Assembly: GCA_032718475.1 (NCBI GenBank)
Contig: JAUCBJ010006358.1
Span: forward strand, 1 to 53,479
Direction: 5' to 3'
Source: Nemertoderma westbladi
Taxonomy: Eukaryota; Animalia; Xenacoelomorpha
DNA: 53,479 nt
Under the pieces are notes generated by a model. The model did no database searches, was not told the DNA's origin, and saw only the letters and a program-made list of their open reading frames with translations. Below, piece by piece: positions 22,877-36,751 of this stretch (position 1 is the first letter of the stretch; each line of letters begins with the position of its first letter). The position numbers and the translations under genes are program-made.

Positions 22877-25800
22877 GGGCACCGAGATGTTGGAGCAGGA
22901 ATCGGTGGGAGTGGGGTTCCTTTTGTGGTGGATCCGATAGGGGCACCGAGATGTTGGAGCAGGAATCGGTGGGACCGGGGTTCCTTTTGTGGTGGATCCG
23001 ATAGGGGCACCGAGATGTTGGAGCAGGAATCGGTGGGACCGGGATTCCTTTTGTGGTGGATCCAATAGGGGCACCGAGGTGTTGGAGCGGGAATCGGTGG
23101 GACCGGGATTCCTTTTGTGGTGGATCCGATAGGGGTACCGAGATGTTGGAGCAGGAATCGGTGGGACCGGGATTCCTTTTGTGGCGGATACGAAAGGAGC
23201 ACCAAGGCGTTGGAGCGGGAATCGGTGGGACCGGGATTCCTTTTGTGGTGGATCCGATAGGGGCACCCAGGTGTTGGAGCAGGAATCGGTGGGACCGGGA
23301 TTCCTTTTGTGGTGGATCCGATAGGGGTACCGAGATGTTGGAGCAGGAATCGGTGGGACCGGGGTTCCTTTTGTGGTGGATCCGATAGGGGCACCGAGAT
23401 GTTGGAGCAGGAATCGGTGGGACCGGGATTCCTTTTGTGGCGGATACGAAAGGAGCACCAAGGCGTTGGAGCGGGAATCGGTGGGAGTGGGGTTCCTTTT
23501 GTGGTGGATCCGATAGGGGCACCGAGATGTTGGAGCAGGAATCGGTGGGACCGGGATTCCTTTTGTGGCGGATACGAAAGGAGCACCAAGGCGTTGGAGC
23601 GGGAATCGGTGGGACCGGGATTCCTTTTGTGGTGGATCCGATAGGGGCACCCAGGTGTTGGAGCAGGAATCGGTGGGACCGGGATTCCTTTTGTGGTGGA
23701 TCCGATAGGGGCACCGAGATGTTGGAGCAGGAATCGGTGGGACCGGGGTTCCTTTTGTGGTGGATCCGATAGGGGTACCGAGATGTTGGAGCAGGAATCG
23801 GTGGGACCGGGGTTCCTTTTGTGGTGGATCCGATAGGGGCACCGAGGTGTTGGAGCAGGAATCGGTGGGACCGGGATTCCTTTTGTGGCGGATACGAAAG
23901 GAGCACCAAGGCGTTGGAGCGGGAATCGGTGGGAGTGGGGTTCCTTTTGTGGTGGATCCGATAGGGGCACCGAGATGTTGGAGCAGGAATCGGTGGGACC
24001 GGGATTCCTTTTGTGGCGGATACGAAAGGAGCACCAAGGCGTTGGAGCGGGAATCGGTGGGACCGGGATTCCTTTTGTGGTGGATCCGATAGGGGCACCC
24101 AGGTGTTGGAGCAGGAATCGGTGGGACCGGGATTCCTTTTGTGGTGGATCCGATAGGGGTACCGAGATGTTGGAGCAGGAATCGGTGGGAGTGGGGTTCC
24201 TTTTGTGGTGGATCCGATAGGGGCACCGAGATGTTGGAGCAGGAATCGGTGGGACCGGGATTCCTTTTGTGGCGGATACGAAAGGAGCACCAAGGCGTTG
24301 GAGCGGGAATCGGTGGGACTGGGGTTCCTTTTGTGGTGGATCCGATAGGGGCACCGAGATGTTGGAGCAGGAATCGGTGGGACCGGGATTCCTTTTGTGG
24401 CGGATACGAAAGGAGCACCAAGGCGTTGGAGCGGGAATCGGTGGGACCGGGATTCCTTTTGTGGTGGATCCGATAGGGGCACCAAGGCGTTGGAGCAGGA
24501 ATCGGTGGGACCGGGGTTCCTTTTGTGGTGGATCCGATAGGGGCACCCAGGTGTTGGAGCAGGAATCGGTGGGACCGGGATTCCTTTTGTGGTGGATCCG
24601 ATAGGGGCACCGAGATGTTGGAGCAGGAATCGGTGGGACCGGGATTCCTTTTGTGGCGGATACGAAAGGAGCACCAAGGCGTTGGAGCGGGAATCGGTGG
24701 GACCGGGATTCCTTTTGTGGTGGATCCGATAGGGGCACCAAGGCGTTGGAGCAGGAATCGGTGGGACCGGGGTTCCTTTTGTGGTGGATCCGATAGGGGC
24801 ACCCAGGTGTTGGAGCAGGAATCGGTGGGACCGGGATTCCTTTTGTGGTGGATCCGATAGGGGCACCGAGATGTTGGAGCAGGAATCGGTGGGACCGGGA
24901 TTCCTTTTGTGGTGGATCCGATAGGGGCACCAAGGCGTTGGAGCAGGAATCGGTGGGACCGGGGTTCCTTTTGTGGTGGATCCGATAGGGGCACCGAGAT
25001 GTTGGAGCAGGAATCGGTGGGACCGGGATTCCTTTTGTGGTGGATCCGATAGGGGTACCGAGATGTTGGAGCAGGAATTTGTGGGACTGGGGTTCCTTTT
25101 GTGGTGGATCCGATAGGGGTACCGAGATGTTGGAGCAGGAATCGGTGGGACCGGGATTCCTTTTGTGGTGGATCCAATAGGGGCACCGAGGTGTTGGAGC
25201 AGGAATCGGTGGGACCGGGATTCCTTTTGTGGTGGATCCGATAGGGGTACCGAGATGTTGGAGCAGGAATCGGTGGGACCGGGATTCCTTTTGTGGTGGA
25301 TCCAATAGGGGCACCGAGGTGTTGGAGCAGGAATCGGTGGGACCGGGATTCCTTTTGTGGTGGATCCGATAGGGGTACCGAGATGTTGGAGCAGGAATCG
25401 GTGGGAGTGGGGTTCCTTTTGTGGTGGATCCGATAGGGGCACCGAGATGTTGGAGCAGGAATCGGTGGGACCGGGATTCCTTTTGTGGTGGATCCAATAG
25501 GGGCACCGAGGTGTTGGAGCAGGAATCGGTGGGACCGGGGTTCCTTTTGTGGTGGATCCGATAGGGGCACCCAGGTGTTGGAGCAGGAATCGGTGGGACC
25601 GGGATTCCTTTTGTGGTGGATCCGATAGGGGCACCGAGATGTTGGAGCAGGAATCGGTGGGACCGGGATTCCTTTTGTGGTGGATCCGATAGGGGCACCA
25701 AGGCGTTGGAGCAGGAATCGGTGGGACCGGGGTTCCTTTTGTGGTGGATCCGATAGGGGCACCGAGATGTTGGAGCAGGAATCGGTGGGACCGGGATTCC

Positions 25801-28800
25801 TTTTGTGGTGGATCCGATAGGGGTACCGAGATGTTGGAGCAGGAATTTGTGGGACTGGGGTTCCTTTTGTGGTGGATCCGATAGGGGTACCGAGATGTTG
25901 GAGCAGGAATCGGTGGGACCGGGATTCCTTTTGTGGTGGATCCAATAGGGGCACCGAGGTGTTGGAGCAGGAATCGGTGGGACCGGGATTCCTTTTGTGG
26001 TGGATCCGATAGGGGTACCGAGATGTTGGAGCAGGAATCGGTGGGACCGGGATTCCTTTTGTGGTGGATCCAATAGGGGCACCGAGGTGTTGGAGCAGGA
26101 ATCGGTGGGACCGGGATTCCTTTTGTGGTGGATCCGATAGGGGTACCGAGATGTTGGAGCAGGAATCGGTGGGAGTGGGGTTCCTTTTGTGGTGGATCCG
26201 ATAGGGGCACCGAGATGTTGGAGCAGGAATCGGTGGGACCGGGATTCCTTTTGTGGTGGATCCAATAGGGGCACCGAGGTGTTGGAGCAGGAATCGGTGG
26301 GACCGGGATTCCTTTTGTGGTGGATCCGATAGGGGCACCAAGGCGTTGGAGCAGGAATCGGTGGGACCGGGGTTCCTTTTGTGGTGGATCCGATAGGGGC
26401 ACCGAGATGTTGGAGCAGGAATCGGTGGGACCGGGATTCCTTTTGTGGTGGATCCGATAGGGGTACCGAGATGTTGGAGCAGGAATCGGTGGGACCGGGA
26501 TTCCTTTTGTGGTGGATCCAATAGGGGCACCGAGGTGTTGGAGCAGGAATCGGTGGGACCGGGATTCCTTTTGTGGTGGATCCGATAGGGGTACCGAGAT
26601 GTTGGAGCAGGAATCGGTGGGAGTGGGGTTCCTTTTGTGGTGGATCCGATAGGGGCACCGAGATGTTGGAGCAGGAATCGGTGGGACCGGGATTCCTTTT
26701 GTGGTGGATCCAATAGGGGCACCGAGGTGTTGGAGCAGGAATCGGTGGGACCGGGATTCCTTTTGTGGTGGATCCGATAGGGGTACCGAGATGTTGGAGC
26801 AGGAATCGGTGGGAGTGGGGTTCCTTTTGTGGTGGATCCGATAGGGGCACCGAGATGTTGGAGCAGGAATCGGTGGGACCGGGATTCCTTTTGTGGTGGA
26901 TCCAATAGGGGCACCGAGGTGTTGGAGCAGGAATCGGTGGGACCGGGATTCCTTTTGTGGTGGATCCGATAGGGGCACCCAGGTGTTGGAGCGGGAATCG
27001 GTGGGACCGGGATTCCTTTTGTGGTGGATCCGATAGGGGCACCGAGATGTTGGAGCAGGAATCGGTGGGACCGGGATTCCTTTTGTGGTGGATCCAATAG
27101 GGGCACCGAGGTGTTGGAGCAGGAATCGGTGGGACCGGGATTCCTTTTGTGGTGGATCCGATAGGGGCACCAAGGCGTTGGAGCAGGAATCGGTGGGACC
27201 GGGGTTCCTTTTGTGGTGGATCCGATAGGGGCACCGAGATGTTGGAGCAGGAATCGGTGGGACCGGGATTCCTTTTGTGGTGGATCCGATAGGGGTACCG
27301 AGATGTTGGAGCAGGAATTTGTGGGACTGGGGTTCCTTTTGTGGTGGATCCGATAGGGGTACCGAGATGTTGGAGCAGGAATCGGTGGGACCGGGATTCC
27401 TTTTGTGGTGGATCCGATAGGGGCACCGAGGTGTTGGAGCAGGAATCGGTGGGACCGGGATTCCTTTTGTGGTGGATCCGATAGGGGTACCGAGATGTTG
27501 GAGCAGGAATCGGTGGGACCGGGATTCCTTTTGTGGTGGATCCAATAGGGGCACCGAGGTGTTGGAGCAGGAATCGGTGGGACCGGGATTCCTTTTGTGG
27601 TGGATCCGATAGGGGTACCGAGATGTTGGAGCAGGAATCGGTGGGAGTGGGGTTCCTTTTGTGGTGGATCCGATAGGGGCACCGAGATGTTGGAGCAGGA
27701 ATCGGTGGGACCGGGATTCCTTTTGTGGTGGATCCAATAGGGGCACCGAGGTGTTGGAGCAGGAATCGGTGGGACCGGGATTCCTTTTGTGGTGGATCCG
27801 ATAGGGGCACCAAGGCGTTGGAGCAGGAATCGGTGGGACCGGGGTTCCTTTTGTGGTGGATCCGATAGGGGCACCGAGATGTTGGAGCAGGAATCGGTGG
27901 GACCGGGATTCCTTTTGTGGTGGATCCGATAGGGGTACCGAGATGTTGGAGCAGGAATCGGTGGGACCGGGATTCCTTTTGTGGTGGATCCAATAGGGGC
28001 ACCGAGGTGTTGGAGCAGGAATCGGTGGGACCGGGATTCCTTTTGTGGTGGATCCGATAGGGGTACCGAGATGTTGGAGCAGGAATCGGTGGGACCGGGA
28101 TTCCTTTTGTGGTGGATCCGATAGGGGCACCGAGGTGTTGGAGCAGGAATCGGTGGGACCGGGATTCCTTTTGTGGTGGATCCGATAGGGGTACCGAGAT
28201 GTTGGAGCAGGAATCGGTGGGACCGGGATTCCTTTTGTGGTGGATCCGATAGGGGCACCGAGATGTTGGAGCAGGAATCGGTGGGACCGGGGTTCCTTTT
28301 GTGGTGGATCCGATAGGGGCACCGAGATGTTGGAGCAGGAATCGGTGGGACCGGGATTCCTTTTGTGGTGGATCCAATAGGGGCACCGAGGTGTTGGAGC
28401 AGGAATCGGTGGGACCGGGATTCCTTTTGTGGTGGATCCGATAGGGGTACCGAGATGTTGGAGCAGGAATCGGTGGGAGTGGGGTTCCTTTTGTGGTGGA
28501 TCCGATAGGGGCACCGAGATGTTGGAGCAGGAATCGGTGGGACCGGGATTCCTTTTGTGGTGGATCCAATAGGGGCACCGAGGTGTTGGAGCAGGAATCG
28601 GTGGGACCGGGATTCCTTTTGTGGTGGATCCGATAGGGGTACCGAGATGTTGGAGCAGGAATCGGTGGGAGTGGGGTTCCTTTTGTGGTGGATCCGATAG
28701 GGGCACCGAGATGTTGGAGCAGGAATCGGTGGGACCGGGATTCCTTTTGTGGTGGATCCAATAGGGGCACCGAGGTGTTGGAGCAGGAATCGGTGGGACC

Positions 28801-30439
28801 GGGATTCCTTTTGTGGTGGATCCGATAGGGGCACCGAGGTGTTGGAGCAGGAATCGGTGGGACCGGGATTCCTTTTGTGGTGGATCCGATAGGGGCACCG
28901 AGATGTTGGAGCAGGAATCGGTGGGACCGGGATTCCTTTTGTGGTGGATCCAATAGGGGCACCGAGGTGTTGGAGCAGGAATCGGTGGGACCGGGATTCC
29001 TTTTGTGGTGGATCCGATAGGGGCACCGAGGTGTTGGAGCAGGAATCGGTGGGACCGGGATTCCTTTTGTGGTGGATCCGATAGGGGTACCGAGATGTTG
29101 GAGCAGGAATCGGTGGGACCGGGATTCCTTTTGTGGTGGATCCAATAGGGGCACCGAGGTGTTGGAGCAGGAATCGGTGGGACCGGGATTCCTTTTGTGG
29201 TGGATCCGATAGGGGTACCGAGATGTTGGAGCAGGAATCGGTGGGACCGGGATTCCTTTTGTGGTGGATCCGATAGGGGCACCCAGGTGTTGGAGCAGGA
29301 ATCGGTGGGACCGGGATTCCTTTTGTGGTGGATCCGATAGGGGCACCAAGGCGTTGGAGCAGGAATCGGTGGGACCGGGGTTCCTTTTGTGGTGGATCCG
29401 ATAGGGGCACCGAGATGTTGGAGCAGGAATCGGTGGGACCGGGATTCCTTTTGTGGTGGATCCGATAGGGGTACCGAGATGTTGGAGCAGGAATCGGTGG
29501 GACCGGGATTCCTTTTGTGGTGGATCCAATAGGGGCACCGAGGTGTTGGAGCAGGAATCGGTGGGACCGGGATTCCTTTTGTGGTGGATCCGATAGGGGT
29601 ACCGAGATGTTGGAGCAGGAATCGGTGGGAGTGGGGTTCCTTTTGTGGTGGATCCGATAGGGGCACCGAGATGTTGGAGCAGGAATCGGTGGGACCGGGA
29701 TTCCTTTTGTGGTGGATCCAATAGGGGCACCGAGGTGTTGGAGCAGGAATCGGTGGGACCGGGATTCCTTTTGTGGTGGATCCGATAGGGGTACCGAGAT
29801 GTTGGAGCAGGAATCGGTGGGAGTGGGGTTCCTTTTGTGGTGGATCCGATAGGGGCACCGAGATGTTGGAGCAGGAATCGGTGGGACCGGGATTCCTTTT
29901 GTGGTGGATCCAATAGGGGCACCGAGGTGTTGGAGCAGGAATCGGTGGGACCGGGATTCCTTTTGTGGTGGATCCGATAGGGGTACCGAGATGTTGGAGC
30001 AGGAATCGGTGGGAGTGGGGTTCCTTTTGTGGTGGATCCGATAGGGGCACCGAGATGTTGGAGCAGGAATCGGTGGGACCGGGATTCCTTTTGTGGTGGA
30101 TCCAATAGGGGCACCGAGGTGTTGGAGCAGGAATCGGTGGGACCGGGATTCCTTTTGTGGTGGATCCGATAGGGGCACCCAGGTGTTGGAGCAGGAATCG
30201 GTGGGAGTGGGGTTCCTTTTGTGGTGGATCCGATAGGGGCACCGAGATGTTGGAGCAGGAATCGGTGGGACCGGGATTCCTTTTGTGGTGGATCCGATAG
30301 GGGCACCCAGGTGTTGGAGCGGGAATCGGTGGGACCGGGATTCCTTTTGTGGTGGATCCGATAGGGGCACCCAGGTGTTGGAGCAGGAATCGGTGGGAGT
30401 GGGGTTCCTTTTGTGGTGGATCCGATAGGAGCACCGAGA
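22877..30439. repeat. 64-bp GC-rich satellite array, ~118 copies
   Basis: Unit ggcaccgagatgttggagcaggaatcggtgggaccgggattccttttgtggtggatccgatagg, with a few recurrent variant positions. Confidence 0.98.
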
Positions 30440-31600
30440 CTTCTATAGACTTCGACACCGAGAGTTCTATAAATTATCATTTTAGTACAGGCTCCAGACT
30501 ATGACCCCGTAGGAATTTTATATATGACTGAGTTACCCCACATAGATGTTTAGTGCAGATATGGGATATTTAAAAAAAAATTGGGTAGACATCACCAAAC
30601 GGTTGCGCTGGTTTTTTAGAGGGCCTTAACGATAGCAACGGAGGGAATTGCCATAGGAACAGCTCTTATAATAGATATGACGAGTTACAATTTATGGAAG
30701 ATTACCATTTTGGATATGAAGAATGAATATTATGGCATATTTAGTTTTTTGAATAAATAATAGCGACCACCTATTGGGTTTATTCAAACATTATTCACAC
30801 ATTATGTGATATTTACATAATTGTGATTTCATGACTAAGATACCAAAATGCTAATGGTCTGCAGCTGTCTTATTGGCACGTGTGTTGTAAGAGGTTGTAT
30901 CACCCCCTACAATCGCGTTCGTAGTGGATACGCCGCAGGTATTAATAATACAATTGCTGTATTAAATAATAAATTTGTCATCTTTTTACTAAAATACACT
31001 GTTATTCCTAAAATTACTATATTTATCCTTCTTCAATATATAATTAATCTATAACTTTACCAATATTATTATTGCACTTTCCACATACGCGCTTGTATTA
31101 TTTGCTGCACACGCCTTTCTTCTAAGCAAAATATTTCCGTTGTTGGAATTATAATAATAAAGTAGAATCATCTAATTGCAACCTTGGAGACACAGATCAC
31201 CTGGAACATTGCACCTATTCGGAGCCACATCATACGAACAGCCAATGGAAGCATTTTGAGTAGCTTTTACTCAAGGTTGCTATCTAACCCTTATCATCAA
31301 TGTTGCTGGGGATTAGTCCACAATTCTCCATTGGGGGCACCATTTTGTACGCGAAGCCATCGTTGCGGACTTACTAGCAAGGCACCGTAATTAACCTACT
31401 TGATATAGGTAGTGGTGGAGCTATAAATTCCGCTACAACTGCTGTTTAAACTTTCTCGTAATTTGTGGCACTTCATGTTAATAATATTATGAAAGTTACG
31501 ACGTTATTAATTAACGTATACATATAATTCATAACTGAAGGTTATTTCTACAAGTAATATTAGTTAGCCATTTGTACATTTACTGTCTAATTATTTGGAT

Positions 31601-33079
31601 ATGTACAGAGTAATATGGAAGAAACAAACAGGATTAATTGGACCGTCGCGATTTCTGACTTCTGATTCAAAATTATTTCCAAACGATCATGATTCACCGA
31701 ATATGCTCACCGATTGTCCCGGCCCAAAGTCCCATCAGTTGCATCACAAGTTGCAGCTGCTACAAAACGCGGGAGCAGTCACCTTCTTTGCCGATTACGA
31801 GAAAAGCAAAGGGAACTTCATTGTGGATGCAGACGGAAACCGCCTCCTCGACATGTTTATGCAGATCAGCTCCATTCCCTTGGGTTACAACCATCCATCC
31901 ATTATAGATGCGGTTACGAATAAAGTTAACATGGCAATGTTCGTGAACCGACCAGCTCTCGCTTCCTTTCCCCCTTCTACCTTCCCCGATAAGTTGAATA
32001 GCACCCTAATGTCAGTTGCTCCTCCTGGTCTGCATGAAGTGCAACAGATGGCGTGTGGCGCATGCTCAAATGAGAATGCTATGAAGCAACTATTCTTCGC
32101 TCATATGGGTAAACAGAGAGGAGAGAAGCCTGTAAGTGACTTGGAAAGTTCATCGAGTGTCATTAACCAACAACCGGGAAGTCCCAAGATTTCTATGCTG
32201 TCGTTCACTGGGGGGTTCCATGGAAGGTCTATGGGAACACTAAGTTGTACTCATACAAAGCCAATCCACAAATTAGATGTGCCTGCTTTTGATTGGCCGA
32301 TTGCGGATTTTCCGCAACTGCAATACCCCCTTGATGAGCACGTTGTTGAGAATAAGAAAGAAGAAGAGCGATGTTTAGCGATGGTCGAAGATCTTATTGA
32401 AAGGTGGAGTCATCATTGCCCTGTTGCCGGGGTGATTATAGAACCAATTCAGTCTGAAGGGGGTGATAACCACGCCTCTGGTAATTTCTTTCGCTCTCTT
32501 CAACGTATATGTAAATCAAACAATGTTGCGTTGATTATGGATGAAGTTCAGACAGGTGGTGGCGCAACTGGGGCGATGTGGATGCACGAACTGTTTGATC
32601 TCCCTGAACCGCCAGACATGGTGACATTCAGCAAGAAAATGATGACTGGCGGTTATTATTACAAAAAGGATTACAGACCTGATCTCCCGTTTAGGATATA
32701 CAACACCTGGGTTGGAGATCCATCGAAAATTATCCTTCTTGAAGCGTTCTTAAAAGAAATGAAGTCCAAGGATTTGTTGAATAATGTTCGAAAAGTTGGT
32801 GAAATTCTCCAGAAGGGATTGTTGGAATTATGTATGTTGTACCCCAACTTCGTATCTAATGCAAGGGGAGCTGGGACATTATGTGCGGTGGATATTGTGG
32901 CACCTAGACAAAGAAATACAATTGCAGCTCAGCTTCGTTCTAAGGGCATTGTGGTTGGTGTGAGTGGCCAGCACGCTATACGTACCCGCCCATCACTAAC
33001 ACTGCAGGAATATCATGTTGAGATATTTATAGATCGATTTTCCGAGGTCCTTCAGGGCCATGAAAGTAAAAAAAGATAA
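31601..33079 (+). CDS. ABAT: 4-aminobutyrate aminotransferase (GABA-T), mitochondrial type, single-exon CDS
   Basis: 492 aa from ATG 31601. Motifs: QISSIPLGYNHP, ACGACSNENA, GGFHGR, HKLDVPAFDWP, EPIQSEGGD, DEVQTGGG, PLP lysine in VTFSKK, NTWVGDP. Confidence 0.96.
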   Translation: MYRVIWKKQTGLIGPSRFLTSDSKLFPNDHDSPNMLTDCPGPKSHQLHHKLQLLQNAGAVTFFADYEKSKGNFIVDADGNRLLDMFMQISSIPLGYNHPSIIDAVTNKVNMAMFVNRPALASFPPSTFPDKLNSTLMSVAPPGLHEVQQMACGACSNENAMKQLFFAHMGKQRGEKPVSDLESSSSVINQQPGSPKISMLSFTGGFHGRSMGTLSCTHTKPIHKLDVPAFDWPIADFPQLQYPLDEHVVENKKEEERCLAMVEDLIERWSHHCPVAGVIIEPIQSEGGDNHASGNFFRSLQRICKSNNVALIMDEVQTGGGATGAMWMHELFDLPEPPDMVTFSKKMMTGGYYYKKDYRPDLPFRIYNTWVGDPSKIILLEAFLKEMKSKDLLNNVRKVGEILQKGLLELCMLYPNFVSNARGAGTLCAVDIVAPRQRNTIAAQLRSKGIVVGVSGQHAIRTRPSLTLQEYHVEIFIDRFSEVLQGHESKKR

Positions 33080-33395
33080 AAGAAAAGAAGAAAGCGGACT
33101 TAGTCGTAAAGTTATTATGTTGTATACATATCATTGTCGTATTAATTAACTACCATGTAGACTGACTGTTATTAAGTGTTATTTATTATTATTTATTAGT
33201 AATTATCTTATATGATATAAGAGTATTATAATTTACACCTTACTCGGTTTATGATGTTTAATGTTTATTCGTTGGTAACATGTTGTTTGATTACCCTTAA
33301 TTATTTCAGTCATCAAATTTATATAATTAATTTTTGGGATAGCGCTGCATTCTATTTTTCAGATTTTTCGCTGAAAGGATCAGATTAATTATATT

Positions 33396-33963
33396 AACAT
33401 AACAAAAAGCGAAACAGTAGAAATATATAACATAACGTAACATAACAGTAGAAATATATAACATAACATAACAAAACATAATATAACATAACATAACAGT
33501 ATAAATATATAACATAACATAACAGTATAAATATATAACATAACATAACAGTAGAACTATATAACATAACATAACAGTAGAAATATATAACATAACTTAA
33601 CATAACAGTAGAAATATATAACATAACATAACATAACAGTAGAAATATATAACATAACTTAACATAACAGTAGAAATATATAACATAACATAACAAAACA
33701 TAACATAACATAACAGTATAAATATATAACATAACATAACAGTATAAATATATAACATAACATAACAGTAGAACTATATAACATAACATAACAGTAGAAA
33801 TATATAACATAACTTAACATAACAGTAGAAATATATAACATAACATAACATAACAGTAGAAATACATAACATAACTTAACATAACAGTAGAAATATATAA
33901 CATAACATAACATAACAAAACATAACATAACATAACAGTATAAATATATAACATAACATAACA
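33396..33963. repeat. AACAT-based minisatellite (left part)
   Basis: (aacat)n-aacagtagaaatatat units. Confidence 0.95.
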
Positions 33964-34759
33964 GGCTCATTCCAAAGTAAAGTACGGGACATTCGTACAC
34001 AATTTTGAACTGTGATTGCCTGTACAATGTTATCGACAGCACATATGTGCACAAAATTGTGCTTGGATTGAACTTTCGAATATCAGCTTTGATTTCGCGA
34101 AGATTATGGCGGGACTTGGTCACTTTTGATAAAACACCAGCTTGTCCAATTAAGGTAAAGTACGGATTCGTACGAAATGGTTTTTTTTATTTTATGATTT
34201 CAATTCTAAAGTTTAGCGAATTGTGCGCAGGTACAGTGTTGAGTTGATGTTTAGGATAAAGCTGTATTATTAAGCTTAAATGAAAATATAAATATCAGAC
34301 GAATTGCTACATTGTTAATTTTTTACAATTTGTTTTGTGTGGTAAAGTATGGGACATTGCTAGGTAAAGTACGGGACCTGTACGAATTTTATGGTCGAAA
34401 TGGTCTCTTACACTTAATCTAACAGTAATTTCTGGACTGTCAGGGCCCTAAACCGATTAGGTTCTCTGTTCGCAGAACACCGAACACTATTCCGGCCACG
34501 GAACTAGTCCAGCAGAATGCCTTTATAGAATCCTGGAATTTGTGGGACGAGAGGATCTCAGCAACTAAGCGAAAACGAACAATAGGATGTTCCTAGACCC
34601 CCCCCCAAAATTTATCCAGAAGACTTTTCGCCATACATAATGTGTTAAAAAAGTCTACGGTTCTCCAGCTAGGGCCAATTTGAGTCAAAAAGTCCGCTTC
34701 CCTAGCAACCACGTTGCTATGGAGATAAGTCCAGAACCGCTAATGCTACGGACTTGGGA

Positions 34760-35507
34760 CCGGCGCCAATCGATAGGCAGCATATGGGTTTACATTCAAA
34801 TGAAAAAGTTGAGAGTGATCCGATCATGATCTTGACCATGATCAGCAAAGATCAGTTTTGATCAGCAATCGGACACTCAAGGCTTGCTCCAATCGAAAAA
34901 CTTAACATTACAAAAAGATTCAGCGACCCCACATTAGTCATGATTCCCGTTAAAAGATTTAAAAAAAAGTGAATTCTTCCCGGTCAAAACGCAAGATCAT
35001 GATCGCGCAAAGATCGGACTTCGTAAAATCGTAACTAAGCATTTTGGATATAAACAATTACTGTAGGAAACGTTCAGAACACCGCCCTGAGTCGATTAAA
35101 AAAAAAATTGGCCCGATCGGACAGCCGGTTCTCGAGATCTGATACCTGATCATTAAAGATGATATTTTTCGGTTTTTTCAAATTTTCTCGAAAACTTTGT
35201 TTGAGACCCCCGATTTTTTTTTTACGAATCGACTTCTATGATGAAGGGGCAACTTTTGAACATTTCGAAATTTTCAAAAAGCGATTTGATCAGGCCGCGA
35301 TCAGAAAAGATCGTGTTTTCGGTTTTATTTTGAAGACCAAGTCCTGGGAGTTCACCGTATGGAAAAACTTAACATCACAAAAAGATTCCTCGCCCTCGAA
35401 TTATGGGGGGTAGCCAAAATTTGGGCATAAAAAAGTTCAAGTCTAGTGGGTCAAAACTCAAGATCATGATCGCGAAAAGATCAGTATATTTAAAATCGAA
35501 TCTAAGC
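34760..35507. repeat. GATC-rich ~470-bp-period repeat, interrupted by element 2 (continues 47628-48250)
   Basis: aaaacttaacat.acaaaaagattc at ~34898, ~35366 and ~47957; gagacccccgatttttt at ~35203 and ~47795. Confidence 0.7.
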
Positions 35508-36751
35508 TGTTCGCGCTTTCAGACCTTTGGCAGTTTAACCCGCCAAATTAGAATGTCTTCTAGATAATAAATCACTTTTAGTCTATGACAAGTATTTAAT
35601 TCACTACACTAGTCGAAACCAATCTGTGCGCGATCATTCACCCGCTGGATATTCCCGGGAGATTGGGTTCGACGGTTTAATTTTATTGCTATGTAAGCCT
35701 AATGTATTATTCGACTGACAGTATTATATAATCTCTGACAATATTATTCACCTTCGGGGAATATTAACAGTTCCTTTAGGACGTGGCACTTTATCTATAT
35801 AAACAGAGTTATGACTTAAACTACTCACAACGACATGGCTTAATTATAATTCACATATATGGCGCATTCTTTAGGAATGCTTCTTTAACAGACTCACTCA
35901 TACACAATGCTGCACAATACTGCACACTAATCTGCCAATCTTCACTGATTTTAGTCACATATAAAAGGAACACAGACTGACTCATGTAGGGTCTATCAAA
36001 TAACATTAGATTCACTTCAAACCACTTTAACATAAGTCACAATCGTTTATCTGTAACCCTTCTCTCTTACCTTCGGTATATCAAGAATATTGGGTTTCGG
36101 GGTTATTTATCGTTATTCCAAATATAATTATTCATCAACCATATTATGAAGAACTGACGGTAAATAGCAGTATAAAACAACAATGAAAACACTGATTGTT
36201 ATGAGTTTGCAATGTTTCAGCAGTCAGCATGTATGATCAGTCAGCAGTATGCCGGTCCGCAGTAGTCGTTAGTTAAAGGATATATGCCCTTTATAATTAA
36301 ACCTACTAGTGTAAGACTAAAAACAGTAAAGCACAAAAATACTTCCAAGCCGTTCTTTCTTTGGCTCAGGACTGAATGTAAACACTGCACATAGGCATTG
36401 CGTCATTTCTCGGAAATTTTCTGTACAAGGAGCCACAAAAACGCTCTAATTGGCTGACTGAACTGAGAGACGCCGTAGAACAAAGGAAATCAACACGTAT
36501 GAATGTCAGCTGTTAACCGTAGTCATAGTAACTACTGTTCAAGAGTAGCTATCACCCTTTTGCGTCACGAATTGCCATAGAATCATAAAATATGCCTTTC
36601 ACAGTACACATACGGAGGAAATAGGTCTTAGATCCTCTAAAAACACCGATACAGCAATAATACGGTCTCTTACACTTATTAAATCAGCTACAGAGTATTT
36701 TAATGTAAAAGATAATAAAAATAACGGGGCAATTCAGCAAAGGCTTTTACA
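35508..36751 (-). repeat. 3' LTR of element 2
   Basis: tgttcgcgc...cttttaca; preceded on the - strand by purine-rich GGGAGCGG (36752-36759, PPT-like). Confidence 0.96.

Noticed and set aside
22877-30439. CRISPR-like array
   Set aside because: No unique spacers, no cas genes, eukaryotic context; it is a pure tandem repeat.
22819-30480. Three ~2500-aa minus-strand ORFs
   Set aside because: Artefact of a 64-bp unit with no stop triplet on that strand; all three frames give the same cyclic peptide.
30440-30629. Possible Kolobok-type terminus (…gggcc-TTAA) right of the satellite
   Set aside because: No matching left terminus or TSD found in the window.
33327-34123. Hydrophobic YVMLC-rich ORFs (likewise the ORFs at 21396-23004)
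   Set aside because: Translations of minisatellites.
34402-34416. 15-bp match (ggtctcttacactta) to the element 2 LTR
   Set aside because: Isolated with no flanking homology; not supportable as a solo-LTR remnant.
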